Source: a virus
IMG/VR virus record: IMGVR_UViG_3300031760_000017
DNA: 13,376 nucleotides
Direction: 5' to 3' (one strand)
The notes beneath the pieces are model-generated. The model made no database searches. It was not told where the DNA came from and was given only the letters and a program-made list of their open reading frames with translations. Made by a program: the position numbers and the translations under genes. Positions 1-6,798 of this stretch are shown one piece after another. Position 1 is the stretch's first letter. Each line of letters starts with the position of its first letter.

Positions 1-12
1 TCTTATAAGAAT

Positions 13-891
13 ATGGAAGTTATCGGTGAGCCGTTCGAGAATGAAAAAGGCAAAATGGTAATTAAGGTAAAAGAGCCGTGCGATCGCTGCTCAGGACTTG
101 GCTTTATTGTTTCTCATGTAAATAATGGTAAGTATGTTCCGATTCCTGTTGATGGCGGCGTCTGCTATAAGTGCGGTGGTGCAAAGGTTGTGACCAAAGT
201 AGTCCGCGCCTATACGGAAAAGGAATATAATGCCCTTCAGCGAGCAAAAACAAGAGCTGCGGAGAAGCGTGAAGCTGCGGAAGCCGCAAGAATTCAGGAT
301 GCTATTGACCATGCTGATGAATATAAGCATGAAGTAGCTCTTAAGCGCGGTTTCAGCGAAGATGAAAAAATCTATCTTGTTTATGGTGATGATACTTACG
401 CAATCAAAGATGAGTTGAAGAAGCTTGGTGGGAAATTTGACCCGACTTTTAAGTGGTTCTTTTCAAAAGAAGTAGAGCTTCCGGAAGGCTACAATCTTTG
501 TGAACTTGCTTTTGATGAAGTTTTTGACTATAATCCTGAATCAAAGTGGGCAAGTTTTAAGGAAGATGCAAAAAATATTGTAGCTCGTAAGATTGCTGAA
601 CTTAAGGGGCCGTCTACTTCAGAATTCTATCCTGGAACCGAGAAAGAAAGACTCCGTAACATTACAGCAAAGGTTACAAGTATCCGTGGGTTTGAAGGTA
701 TTTATGGTTATACTCATGTATATACCTTCACTTCTGGAAATTATGTTTTTGTATGGATGACATCAAAGACTCTTACTGTTGCGGTTGGTGAGACTGTAGA
801 CCTTACAGGCACTATTAAGAAATTTGATGAATATATGGGAGTTAATCAGACTCATCTTACAAGATGTGTCGTAAATAAGATAGGAGAATAA
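13..891 (+). CDS. Hypothetical protein with an N-terminal CxxC...CxxC zinc-ribbon motif and a beta-rich, possibly OB-fold-like C-terminus; may be 5'-partial
   Basis: 292-codon ORF ending in TAA. The frame is open back to the window edge (codons 1-12 have no stop), so the true start may lie upstream. Motifs CDRCSG and CYKCGG are seen in the translation. The next gene starts 2 nt after the stop. Confidence 0.6.
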   Translation: MEVIGEPFENEKGKMVIKVKEPCDRCSGLGFIVSHVNNGKYVPIPVDGGVCYKCGGAKVVTKVVRAYTEKEYNALQRAKTRAAEKREAAEAARIQDAIDHADEYKHEVALKRGFSEDEKIYLVYGDDTYAIKDELKKLGGKFDPTFKWFFSKEVELPEGYNLCELAFDEVFDYNPESKWASFKEDAKNIVARKIAELKGPSTSEFYPGTEKERLRNITAKVTSIRGFEGIYGYTHVYTFTSGNYVFVWMTSKTLTVAVGETVDLTGTIKKFDEYMGVNQTHLTRCVVNKIGE

Positions 892-892
892 T

Positions 893-1099
893 ATGAAAGA
901 CAGAGAGATTGCTTGTGTTTTTTATGAATATGAGGGTAGTTGTCTGAAGGGAAAAGCAGGTACTTTTAGAAAAGTTTGCCAAACTTGCGGTAAATATAAG
1001 CCTAAGCTTGGCAGCTCTCCTGCTCGTCAAAATCTAAAGAAACAAAAGATGGAAAAAAATAGAATTAGAGATATGAAACAGCAGATGAAAGAATATTAA
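893..1099 (+). CDS. Small Cys-containing protein (68 aa), hypothetical
   Basis: ATG preceded by TAGGAGAATAAT; TAA stop. Four Cys in CxxC-like spacing (C8, C17, C29, C32). The N-terminus resembles that of ORF 1716-1922 (CxFYEYE motif). Confidence 0.55.
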   Translation: MKDREIACVFYEYEGSCLKGKAGTFRKVCQTCGKYKPKLGSSPARQNLKKQKMEKNRIRDMKQQMKEY

Positions 1100-1111
1100 A
1101 GGAGAATAATT

Positions 1112-1639
1112 ATGAGTAGAAGTCCATTCTTTTTTATTGAAAATTTTGATGGTTATGCTAATAAATATGAAATGTATCATCCGTTAGTTTGGGATTCTAG
1201 ACATACTAAGCGAGTCCCTGCAGAACTTTTTCCTTACAACGGTTGTTATGACCTTTTTTCTATTGTAGAGGATAATGCAGGAGACTTTCCAAGTATGCAT
1301 GGAATTCATTATGGATTACCTAAAGATGTTTCAGAAGAAATAAAAACTATTTATAACGAGCATTGTTATGAAATTGACGAAAAACATACTTATACTCCCA
1401 CCGTTCGTTGGTTTACTTATGCTGATATGTATATTTATTGTCTTGAGCATCCAGAAGTTTCTGATTATGAAGCTATGGACGAAGCTTATTATGATAATGA
1501 ACCTGTAACTAAAATTATGAAGCCGACTCCTCTTATGGCACTTAAAGAACGTGTTGATGCTTTTCTTGATGTTATGGGAAACGGGGATTCCTGGAAAGAT
1601 GATTACAGTACAATTAGAATCGTTTACTGGATTAGTTAA
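1112..1639 (+). CDS. Hypothetical protein (175 aa)
   Basis: Strong RBS AAAGGAGAATAATT then ATG; 528-nt ORF; TAA stop. Confidence 0.65.
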   Translation: MSRSPFFFIENFDGYANKYEMYHPLVWDSRHTKRVPAELFPYNGCYDLFSIVEDNAGDFPSMHGIHYGLPKDVSEEIKTIYNEHCYEIDEKHTYTPTVRWFTYADMYIYCLEHPEVSDYEAMDEAYYDNEPVTKIMKPTPLMALKERVDAFLDVMGNGDSWKDDYSTIRIVYWIS

Positions 1640-1655
1640 AACTTATTAAAAACAT

Positions 1656-1684
1656 TTGATTTTTAACAAAATTTTTGATATAAT
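1656..1684 (+). promoter_or_regulatory. Sigma-70-type promoter P1 (-35 TTGATT, 17-bp spacer, extended -10 TGaTATAAT)
   Basis: TTGATT at 1656-1661 and TATAAT at 1679-1684, with TG at 1676-1677. First of 11 near-identical promoter copies sharing the core TTGATTTTT(T)A..AAA(A)TTTTTGATATAATATATA. Drives ORF 1716. Confidence 0.7.
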
Positions 1685-1715
1685 ATATACATAATAAAGG
1701 AAAGGAAATATTAAA

Positions 1716-1922
1716 ATGTATAAAAGAGATTGCTTTTTTTATGATGAAGACCAAGATATGAGTGCTACTCTACCTGAGTGTAAATATGATAATACTTGGG
1801 GAACAATTTATTGTGAAGGATGCCCTAATTATTTTGATAAACAAGATGGTATTAGTATTATAAGACAATATGTAAATGAATTAAAATCATATCCTAAAAC
1901 AAGATTAATGTTTATATCCTAA
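1716..1922 (+). CDS. Small Cys-rich protein (68 aa), hypothetical
   Basis: Lies downstream of promoter copy P1 with RBS AAAGGAAAGGAAAT; Cys at 6, 22, 33, 36; TAA stop overlaps the next start (TAATG). Confidence 0.55.
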   Translation: MYKRDCFFYDEDQDMSATLPECKYDNTWGTIYCEGCPNYFDKQDGISIIRQYVNELKSYPKTRLMFIS

Positions 1923-2158
1923 TGGGGGCTAATGTTTATATGATAAATTTTCCAGAAATGTTATATTACATGGAATGTGAAGGAGATATTCCTACTAGAA
2001 CAGGTAGAATAAATGCCATAATTAAAGAAATAAGGAATACTCCACCGCATCATATTAGTGACGATGAATTTGAGCAGGTACTAAACAATCACGGTCTTTC
2101 ATATGAAGAACTTACTAATCGAGAACTTTTATTTATTGTTCAAAGCATAAATAAATAA
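1922..2158 (+). CDS. Hypothetical protein (78 aa)
   Basis: ATG overlaps the preceding stop (TAATGG); ends in TAATAA. Confidence 0.5.
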   Translation: MGANVYMINFPEMLYYMECEGDIPTRTGRINAIIKEIRNTPPHHISDDEFEQVLNNHGLSYEELTNRELLFIVQSINK

Positions 2159-2168
2159 TAAAAAATAT

Positions 2169-2197
2169 TTGCAACTTTAAAAAATTTTTGATATAAT
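2169..2197 (+). promoter_or_regulatory. Promoter P2 (-35 TTGCAA, 17 bp, TGaTATAAT)
   Basis: TTGCAA at 2169-2174; TATAAT at 2192-2197 with TG at 2189-2190. Drives ORF 2262. Confidence 0.65.
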
Positions 2198-2261
2198 AGA
2201 TACATAAGATAAAGAGAACATAAAAAACAAATTAACAATCATTTATTAAGGAGAAAACACT

Positions 2262-2660
2262 ATGGAAAAGAAAACTAAGGCTATGTATTTTGCAGAACTT
2301 CGTGAGATGGTTACAGCAGCAGTTGAGGATGAAGCTCGTAGAAATGAGCTTGTAGAGTTCATTGATAAGCAGGTTGAAGCACTTGAGAAACGTAAGGTTG
2401 CGGCAGCCGCTCGTGCTGAGAAGAAGAAAGCCGAGTCTGACGCTCTGACAGAGGAAATCTTCGAGAGAATTGGCGATGAACTTATCACAGTCGATGAAAT
2501 TGTTGTTACATTTGACGAGGAAGAGGAAGTAAGTCGTGCAAAGGTAACTGCTAGACTTGGCAAGCTTGTCAATGCGGGTCGTATTGAAAAGGAAGCTGTA
2601 AAGGTTGACGGCAAGAAGAGAATGGCTTATAGACTTCCGAAAGCAGCAGACGCTGAGTAA
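2262..2660 (+). CDS. Lys/Ala/Glu-rich small protein (132 aa), possibly a nucleic-acid-binding or histone-like abundant protein
   Basis: Has its own promoter copy P2 and RBS AAGGAGAAAACACT. GC content is noticeably higher than in neighbouring genes. It is followed directly by a strong intrinsic terminator. The composition includes KVAAAARAEKKKAE. Confidence 0.65.
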   Translation: MEKKTKAMYFAELREMVTAAVEDEARRNELVEFIDKQVEALEKRKVAAAARAEKKKAESDALTEEIFERIGDELITVDEIVVTFDEEEEVSRAKVTARLGKLVNAGRIEKEAVKVDGKKRMAYRLPKAADAE

Positions 2661-2677
2661 GAATTACAACTAACTAT

Positions 2678-2706
2678 AAGGGGGATTTATATCCCCCTTA
2701 TTTTTA
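2678..2706 (+). terminator. Rho-independent terminator
   Basis: 9-bp stem AAGGGGGAT / ATCCCCCTT with loop TTAT, followed by ATTTTTA. Confidence 0.8.
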
Positions 2707-2721
2707 TCTAAGGAGATTTAT

Positions 2722-3477
2722 ATGTTTTGTTTAAATTATTATCCACATGAAAAATATCTTAATGATGCGGATTAGTTAAAAATCAAATATCGTCCTGCAG
2801 ACCGCACATTAGAAGATTTTTTAAAAACTTATCAAAATATTTCAATAATTATAGACGTATCTGAGGCTTTTGAAGAAACTGATGCCGAATTATTAAAAGC
2901 ATTGTATGATAAATATTCTAATTTTAAAATAATCTTTGATTTTAATAATAAAGAACATTTATCAAGAGCAGAAAAATATCAAATTCCGCATTTCTTCTTG
3001 AACCCAGTTACAAGTTTTGATCAACTTCATGGATTAATTCAATATCATCCAACAGATATGTATATTTGTGAAGAAATGGGGTTCTATATCTTTTGGATTA
3101 GTAAATTATTGCATGAAAATAATATAAAAGTTAGAGTGTTTCCTAATATTTGTCAATCTAGTTTTGCGGAAACTCCTAGTATAAAGACTTTCTTTGTCAG
3201 ACCAGAAGATATATCTATCTATTCAAATTATGTAGATGTGTTTGAATTAGTTTCAGATAAAGATAGACAGAAAGTTTTATTTAAAATTTATAAACAGCAA
3301 AAATGGTTTGGTAAATTACAGGAGGTAATTCCATCATTTAAAGACGATGTTGATAACAGATGTCTTATGAGCGCTTTTGGAAACCTTCGGACTAGATGTA
3401 AAAAACGATGTATGTATAATCCTAATGGGTGTAAGACTTGTGATCGTTTTGTTGAATTAGCAAACTCTTTAAAGTAG
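2722..3477 (+). CDS. Hypothetical protein (about 251 aa if read through) with an in-frame TAG at codon 18 (2773-2775) and a C-terminal Cys-rich segment (RCKKRCMYNPNGCKTCDRF)
   Basis: ATG at 2722 has a very good SD (TAAGGAGA, 6-nt spacer). The frame stays open for 251 codons apart from the single TAG at 2773-2775. The six-frame track instead starts this ORF at an internal TTG (2902), which has no SD and no upstream ATG. The gene itself ends in TAG (3475-3477); read-through there would add 13 codons up to a TGA at 3514-3516. Confidence 0.5.
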
Positions 3478-3512
3478 AATAGAATCATCGTTAAACGAGC
3501 TGAAAAGAAAAG

Positions 3513-3541
3513 TTGACATTTTTAATAATTTTTGATATAAT
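3513..3541 (+). promoter_or_regulatory. Promoter P3 (perfect consensus -35 TTGACA, 17 bp, TGaTATAAT)
   Basis: TTGACA at 3513-3518; TATAAT at 3536-3541 with TG at 3533-3534. Drives ORFs 3574 and 3904 and the tRNA-Arg/Ile pair. Confidence 0.75.
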
Positions 3542-3573
3542 ATATATACAATGATAAAGAAAGGATATAAAAA

Positions 3574-3891
3574 ATGGCGGCAAGAGGTAGCGTACTTAAA
3601 CAAGAGGTAGCAACAAAGATTTTGGCGGCGTTTCCAGGAAGCTTTTTATACAATGATGGAAAGGAAATCCGCATTAATGGTGTAGAAGATGGACAGAACC
3701 TACAGATTAAAGTAACTTTGACATGCGCGAAGGTTGCGGTTGAAGGCGGAGAAGATACAGTTCTACCAGGAGAGAATATTAAAACAGCATCTCCTGCACA
3801 GGCTATAACTACATCAGAAAAAGTTCCTCAGGAGCCTACTAACGAGGAAAAAGAAAGACTTAAAACATTGTTAAATCAGTTGGGTATGTAA
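3574..3891 (+). CDS. Hypothetical protein (105 aa)
   Basis: Promoter copy P3 upstream, RBS AAAGAAAGGATATAAAAA then ATG, TAA stop. Confidence 0.6.
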   Translation: MAARGSVLKQEVATKILAAFPGSFLYNDGKEIRINGVEDGQNLQIKVTLTCAKVAVEGGEDTVLPGENIKTASPAQAITTSEKVPQEPTNEEKERLKTLLNQLGM

Positions 3892-3903
3892 GGAAGTATT
3901 AGA

Positions 3904-4203
3904 ATGAGTGCTGGAGTACATCTTTATCAAATGACACATTGGGAAACCGCAGGAAAATGGCATGTTAATGATGTTAAAAATTTAAGTGGTCGTTCAGGTA
4001 AATGGTACACTCCAATGCGTATTCTTGATGTCTCTGTTGAAGAATATATCAATCTTTTAATAAATACTTTTAACGCAAAAGGAATTTACTATTATGAACA
4101 AACTGATTATTTAGCTTTCTATTTTCTAAAAGAATTTGAAGCTAAGAAATTTTGTTCTTATGTAAATAAAATAGCGCGACAAAAAAATTATTGTTGCGCT
4201 TAA
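3904..4203 (+). CDS. Hypothetical protein (99 aa)
   Basis: RBS GTAAGGAAGTATTAGA then ATG; TAA stop. Followed by a structured leader and two tRNAs. Confidence 0.6.
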   Translation: MSAGVHLYQMTHWETAGKWHVNDVKNLSGRSGKWYTPMRILDVSVEEYINLLINTFNAKGIYYYEQTDYLAFYFLKEFEAKKFCSYVNKIARQKNYCCA

Positions 4204-4305
4204 TTGAACCGAAAAAGGGGCTATAGTAGGGTCTACCAAACCAGAGCCCTTGAAACAGCCCACGGTCTAAATGACTAAGGAGTGCTGTTAGGGTAGACAT
4301 TATCA

Positions 4306-4377
4306 ATCTCATTAGTTTAATGGACAGAATATAACACTACGAATGTTAAGGTAGGGGTTCGATTCCCTTATGAGATA
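4306..4377 (+). tRNA. tRNA-Arg (anticodon ACG)
   Basis: Cloverleaf folded by eye. Acceptor ATCTCAT/ATGAGAT. Anticodon stem TAACA/TGTTA with loop CTACGAA. T-arm AGGGG-TTCGATT-CCCTT. D-stem has two G-U pairs. No CCA encoded. Confidence 0.75.
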
Positions 4378-4380
4378 TAT

Positions 4381-4452
4381 GGGGCATTAGCTCAGTGGTG
4401 AGAGCGCTGGTCTTATAAACCAGTGATACTGGTTCGACTCCATTATGCCCTA
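4381..4452 (+). tRNA. tRNA-Ile (anticodon UAU, AUA-decoding), an uncommon isoacceptor
   Basis: Acceptor GGGGCAT/ATGCCCT (G1-U72 wobble). D-arm GCTC-AGTGGTGA-GAGC. Anticodon stem CTGGT/ACCAG with loop CTTATAA. T-loop TTCGACT. Confidence 0.8.
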
Positions 4453-4467
4453 TTTAAAAAATCTTTT

Positions 4468-4496
4468 TTGATTTTTTATAAAATTTATTATATAAT
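4468..4496 (+). promoter_or_regulatory. Promoter P4 (-35 TTGATT, 17 bp, TATAAT) upstream of the sigma factor gene
   Basis: TTGATT at 4468-4473; TATAAT at 4491-4496. No TG extension in this copy. Confidence 0.65.
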
Positions 4497-4537
4497 ATAT
4501 ATACAGTAAAGATAGAAAAAACAAAAAGGAGTTTACT

Positions 4538-5389
4538 ATGGCAGAAATTAAAGCATCTGAAGCAACCACTGTTAATTCTATTAAAGTTTATCTCAATGAA
4601 ATTAGTCAGTATAATCTTCTTTCAAAAGAAGATGAAGTAAGATATGCGAAAGCTGCAGCAAATGGAAGTCAGGAAGCAAAGAATGCTCTGATTAACCACA
4701 ATCTCCGTCTTGTTGTTTCTATTGCTAAAAAGTATATGGGAAGAGGGCTTACTCTTTCTGACCTTATTCAGGAAGGTAATTTTGGTCTGATAAAGGCAAC
4801 AGAAAAGTATGATGTTGATAAGGGATTTAGATTTTCTACTTATGCAACCTATTGGATTAAGCAGTCTATTTCCCGTGCGGTTATGGACCAGACTAGAAAT
4901 ATCCGTATCCCTATTCATGTTATTGAGCTGATTAGTAAGATTAAGAAAGCTGAAAGAGATTTTCAGCAGTCTTATAACAGAGAGCCGAAAGAAGTGGATA
5001 TTGCGGCAGTTCTTGGAATTGATGTCAAGAAAATTAAAGAAGCGTATTCTTGGATGAAAGATACTTCTTCTCTTGATGTAGTCGTGGGAGATGATGAGGA
5101 TACCACTGTTGGTTCTTTTATTGAAGATGAGTCTGTTGCGGATTCTTTTATGAATATTGAGGATGATGAAAGAAAAGAAGCAGTTCAGAATATTCTTAAT
5201 ACCTTGAATGACCGTGAACAGCTTATTATTAAAAATAGATTTGGTATTGGCATGAATAGAGCAAAAACACTTGATGAAATTGGTAAGGAACTTGGTATTA
5301 GTAGAGAACGAGTTCGTCAGATTGAAGCGGCTGCTCTTAAGAAGCTCCGCAATCCGCGAAGAGCTGCTCTGCTAAAGGAATTTTTCTAA
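4538..5389 (+). CDS. Sigma-70 family RNA polymerase sigma factor (RpoD-like, regions 2-4 present, no region 1.1)
   Basis: Region 2 motifs are seen in the translation (LIQEGNFGLIKATEKYD..GFRFSTYATYWIKQSISRAV), with the RpoD-box-like YATYWIKQ. The region-4 helix-turn-helix is TLDEIGKELGISRERVRQIEAAALKKLRNP. Length is 283 aa. Promoter copy P4 and RBS AAAAAGGAG lie upstream. Confidence 0.85.
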   Translation: MAEIKASEATTVNSIKVYLNEISQYNLLSKEDEVRYAKAAANGSQEAKNALINHNLRLVVSIAKKYMGRGLTLSDLIQEGNFGLIKATEKYDVDKGFRFSTYATYWIKQSISRAVMDQTRNIRIPIHVIELISKIKKAERDFQQSYNREPKEVDIAAVLGIDVKKIKEAYSWMKDTSSLDVVVGDDEDTTVGSFIEDESVADSFMNIEDDERKEAVQNILNTLNDREQLIIKNRFGIGMNRAKTLDEIGKELGISRERVRQIEAAALKKLRNPRRAALLKEFF

Positions 5390-5459
5390 AATTTCTTGGG
5401 CGGGCTTGATTAAAGAATTTCTAAGAATTTTTATTAACATTAGATTCTTAAAAGATTTA

Positions 5460-5488
5460 TTGATTTTTTAAAAAATATATTATATAAT
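5460..5488 (+). promoter_or_regulatory. Promoter P5 (-35 TTGATT, 17 bp, TATAAT)
   Basis: TTGATT at 5460-5465; TATAAT at 5483-5488. Drives small ORF 5519. Confidence 0.65.
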
Positions 5489-5518
5489 ATATATGTAAGG
5501 TTAAGAAAGGATTATTAA

Positions 5519-5695
5519 ATGACAGTTAGAGAATTGTTAGAGGAAATTATTGAAGCAGCGCCTAATAGATTGGATTCAGAAATTTATTTTGAGACACCAA
5601 TGAATGATTATTCAGTTCAATGTTATGTGCTTGATGATATAACGAGTTATGGTAATAATGATGGTCTTTTCTTTGTACTTAAAGAAAATATTTGA
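5519..5695 (+). CDS. Small hypothetical protein (58 aa) not in the ORF track
   Basis: Promoter copy P5 lies upstream with RBS AAGAAAGGATTATTAA then ATG. Translation is MTVRELLEEIIEAAPNRLDSEIYFETPMNDYSVQCYVLDDITSYGNNDGLFFVLKENI. The TGA stop overlaps the -35 of promoter P6. Confidence 0.45.
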   Translation: MTVRELLEEIIEAAPNRLDSEIYFETPMNDYSVQCYVLDDITSYGNNDGLFFVLKENI

Positions 5696-5720
5696 TTTTT
5701 AAAAAAATATATGATATAAT
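5692..5720 (+). promoter_or_regulatory. Promoter P6 (-35 TTGATT, 17 bp, TGaTATAAT) heading a tRNA operon
   Basis: TTGATT at 5692-5697 overlaps the TGA stop of ORF 5519. TATAAT at 5715-5720 with TG at 5712-5713. A roughly 180-nt ORF-free leader runs to tRNA-Asn. Confidence 0.65.
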
Positions 5721-5900
5721 ATATATATAATAAAGATAGTAGAACAGCAATTTAAGAAAATCTTGATGATATAATTTTAAAAAAATTGAAATTCACTGGA
5801 AAACTAATAAAGAACTAAAGTTTTTTGTGGCTCATATTTTTTTGATAAAGTTGCCTACCTATAAAAGGAATTTAGAAAAAGAGCTTACTATCTTGTTTAA

Positions 5901-5973
5901 GGCTCCTTAGCTCAGTTGGCAGAGCAGCTGGCTGTTAACCAGCGTGTCGAAGGTTCGAGTCCTCCAGGAGCCG
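5901..5973 (+). tRNA. tRNA-Asn (anticodon GUU)
   Basis: Acceptor GGCTCCT/AGGAGCC. D-arm GCTC-AGTTGGCA-GAGC. Anticodon stem GCTGG/CCAGC with loop CTGTTAA. T-arm GAAGG-TTCGAGT-CCTCC. Confidence 0.85.
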
Positions 5974-6429
5974 CGCCGGCTTCACGCCGATATAGTGAGG
6001 TGTTCTTCCTACCAAAAAGGAATAGTGTAAAAGAACGGTTCATAAAAGAAGGTAAGTCCCAAAGGGCACAGAAATTATGAAAAGTACGTACACGTTTGCA
6101 TTTGAGATACGCGGCTCAAATGATGCACGCCCGCGGTATGGGACAGGTCAGATTCTAGTAAGTGAGCTAGAATTGTGGGTTCAAGCCCCACTGCTGCACT
6201 TAGAGTTGATTTACCTCTTGCCAATGTAAATCTAAGCTGTTGAGGATACAGCCGCGAGCGCCATCGGGGGAGTAAAGGACGAGTGGTCAGGCATTCTTGG
6301 TGCCTGGTAAAAGTCAAGTATCTTTGAAAGGTTATAAAGGTGAAACCTTTCTCGCATCTCAGATAGTGAGAGTAAGGTATAGTAGATACCTGAGCAGGGC
6401 TGAAAGGGTGGCACCTATCTACTAAATAT
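5974..6429 (+). ncRNA. Candidate structured non-coding RNA or spacer (about 455 nt) between tRNA-Asn and the UAG-anticodon tRNA
   Basis: No ORF with an RBS on either strand. GC is clearly higher than in coding DNA. Several local helices, including a perfect T-arm-like hairpin GTGGG-TTCAAGC-CCCAC at 6175-6191 that lacks the rest of a cloverleaf. Co-transcribed from P6. Confidence 0.35.
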
Positions 6430-6504
6430 GCTCCAGTAGCCCAATTGGCATGAGGCGTCTGACTTAGGATCAGAATCGTGTGGGTTCGAGTCCCTCCTGG
6501 AGTA
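6430..6504 (+). tRNA. Class-I tRNA with anticodon UAG (a Leu CUA/CUG-reading anticodon on a short-variable-arm body); identity uncertain
   Basis: Acceptor GCTCCAG/CTGGAGT (G1-U72). D-loop CAATTGGCA. Anticodon stem TCTGA/TCAGA with loop CTTAGGA. 5-nt variable loop ATCGT. T-arm GTGGG-TTCGAGT-CCCTC. Discriminator A. The body closely resembles tRNA-Thr at 9054. Confidence 0.6.
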
Positions 6505-6536
6505 TTTAATATTTATAAATATGGAGAATAAAATTT

Positions 6537-6719
6537 ATGAAAACTGTTTATGAATTAACAGAACAAGATATTATAATTATTATAGCGAATCATTTTTCCG
6601 TTCCATTGGATTCTGTTGAACTAGAACATTATAAATCTATGGAAGGGTTCTATACAGATGAGCATTATGTTGACTATGTAAAAGGGAAAGTCACAATAGA
6701 AGGAAAAGCAAATAAGTAA
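6537..6719 (+). CDS. Small hypothetical protein (60 aa) embedded between tRNAs
   Basis: RBS GGAGAATAAAATTT then ATG; TAA stop. Flanked by the UAG-anticodon tRNA and tRNA-Asp. Confidence 0.45.
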   Translation: MKTVYELTEQDIIIIIANHFSVPLDSVELEHYKSMEGFYTDEHYVDYVKGKVTIEGKANK

Positions 6720-6724
6720 TATAT

Positions 6725-6798
6725 GGCTCTGTGGTGCAGAAGAGTAGCACGCGTGCCTGTCACGCACGAGGTCGAGGGTTCGAGTCCCTTCAGAGTCG
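6725..6798 (+). tRNA. tRNA-Asp (anticodon GUC)
   Basis: Acceptor GGCTCTG/CAGAGTC. D-arm GTGC-AGAAGAGTA-GCAC. Anticodon stem CGTGC/GCACG with loop CTGTCAC. T-arm GAGGG-TTCGAGT-CCCTT. Discriminator G. Confidence 0.85.

Noticed and set aside
91-330. Minus-strand ORFs 91-330 and 104-289
   Set aside because: Lie entirely inside the longer, RBS-equipped + strand ORF 13-891; no start context.
2246-2614. Minus-strand 122-aa ORF (Ser-rich, low complexity)
   Set aside because: Antisense shadow of the + strand gene 2262-2660; no RBS; low-complexity translation.
3288-3488. Minus-strand 66-aa ORF
   Set aside because: Embedded antisense in + gene 2722-3477; no RBS.
4204-4305. Possible additional tRNA upstream of tRNA-Arg
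   Set aside because: Contains helices (GGGCT...AGCCC; GGTCTACC...GGTAGAC) but no T-loop or cloverleaf; treated as a structured leader.
4622-4918. Minus-strand 98-aa ORF
   Set aside because: Antisense to the well-supported sigma factor gene.
6075-6414. Minus-strand ORFs 6075-6317 and 6232-6414
   Set aside because: Fall in the GC-richer structured spacer; no RBS; the whole locus is + strand oriented; likely chance ORFs.
5974-6429. tmRNA or RNase P RNA hypothesis for the 455-nt spacer
   Set aside because: It has a T-arm-like hairpin (6175-6191), but I found no matching acceptor pairing, no tag-peptide reading frame ending in AA-stop, and none of the RNase P consensus motifs I remember (e.g. 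GGAAAGTCCGG, AGGGTGAAA). Kept only as a generic structured-RNA candidate.
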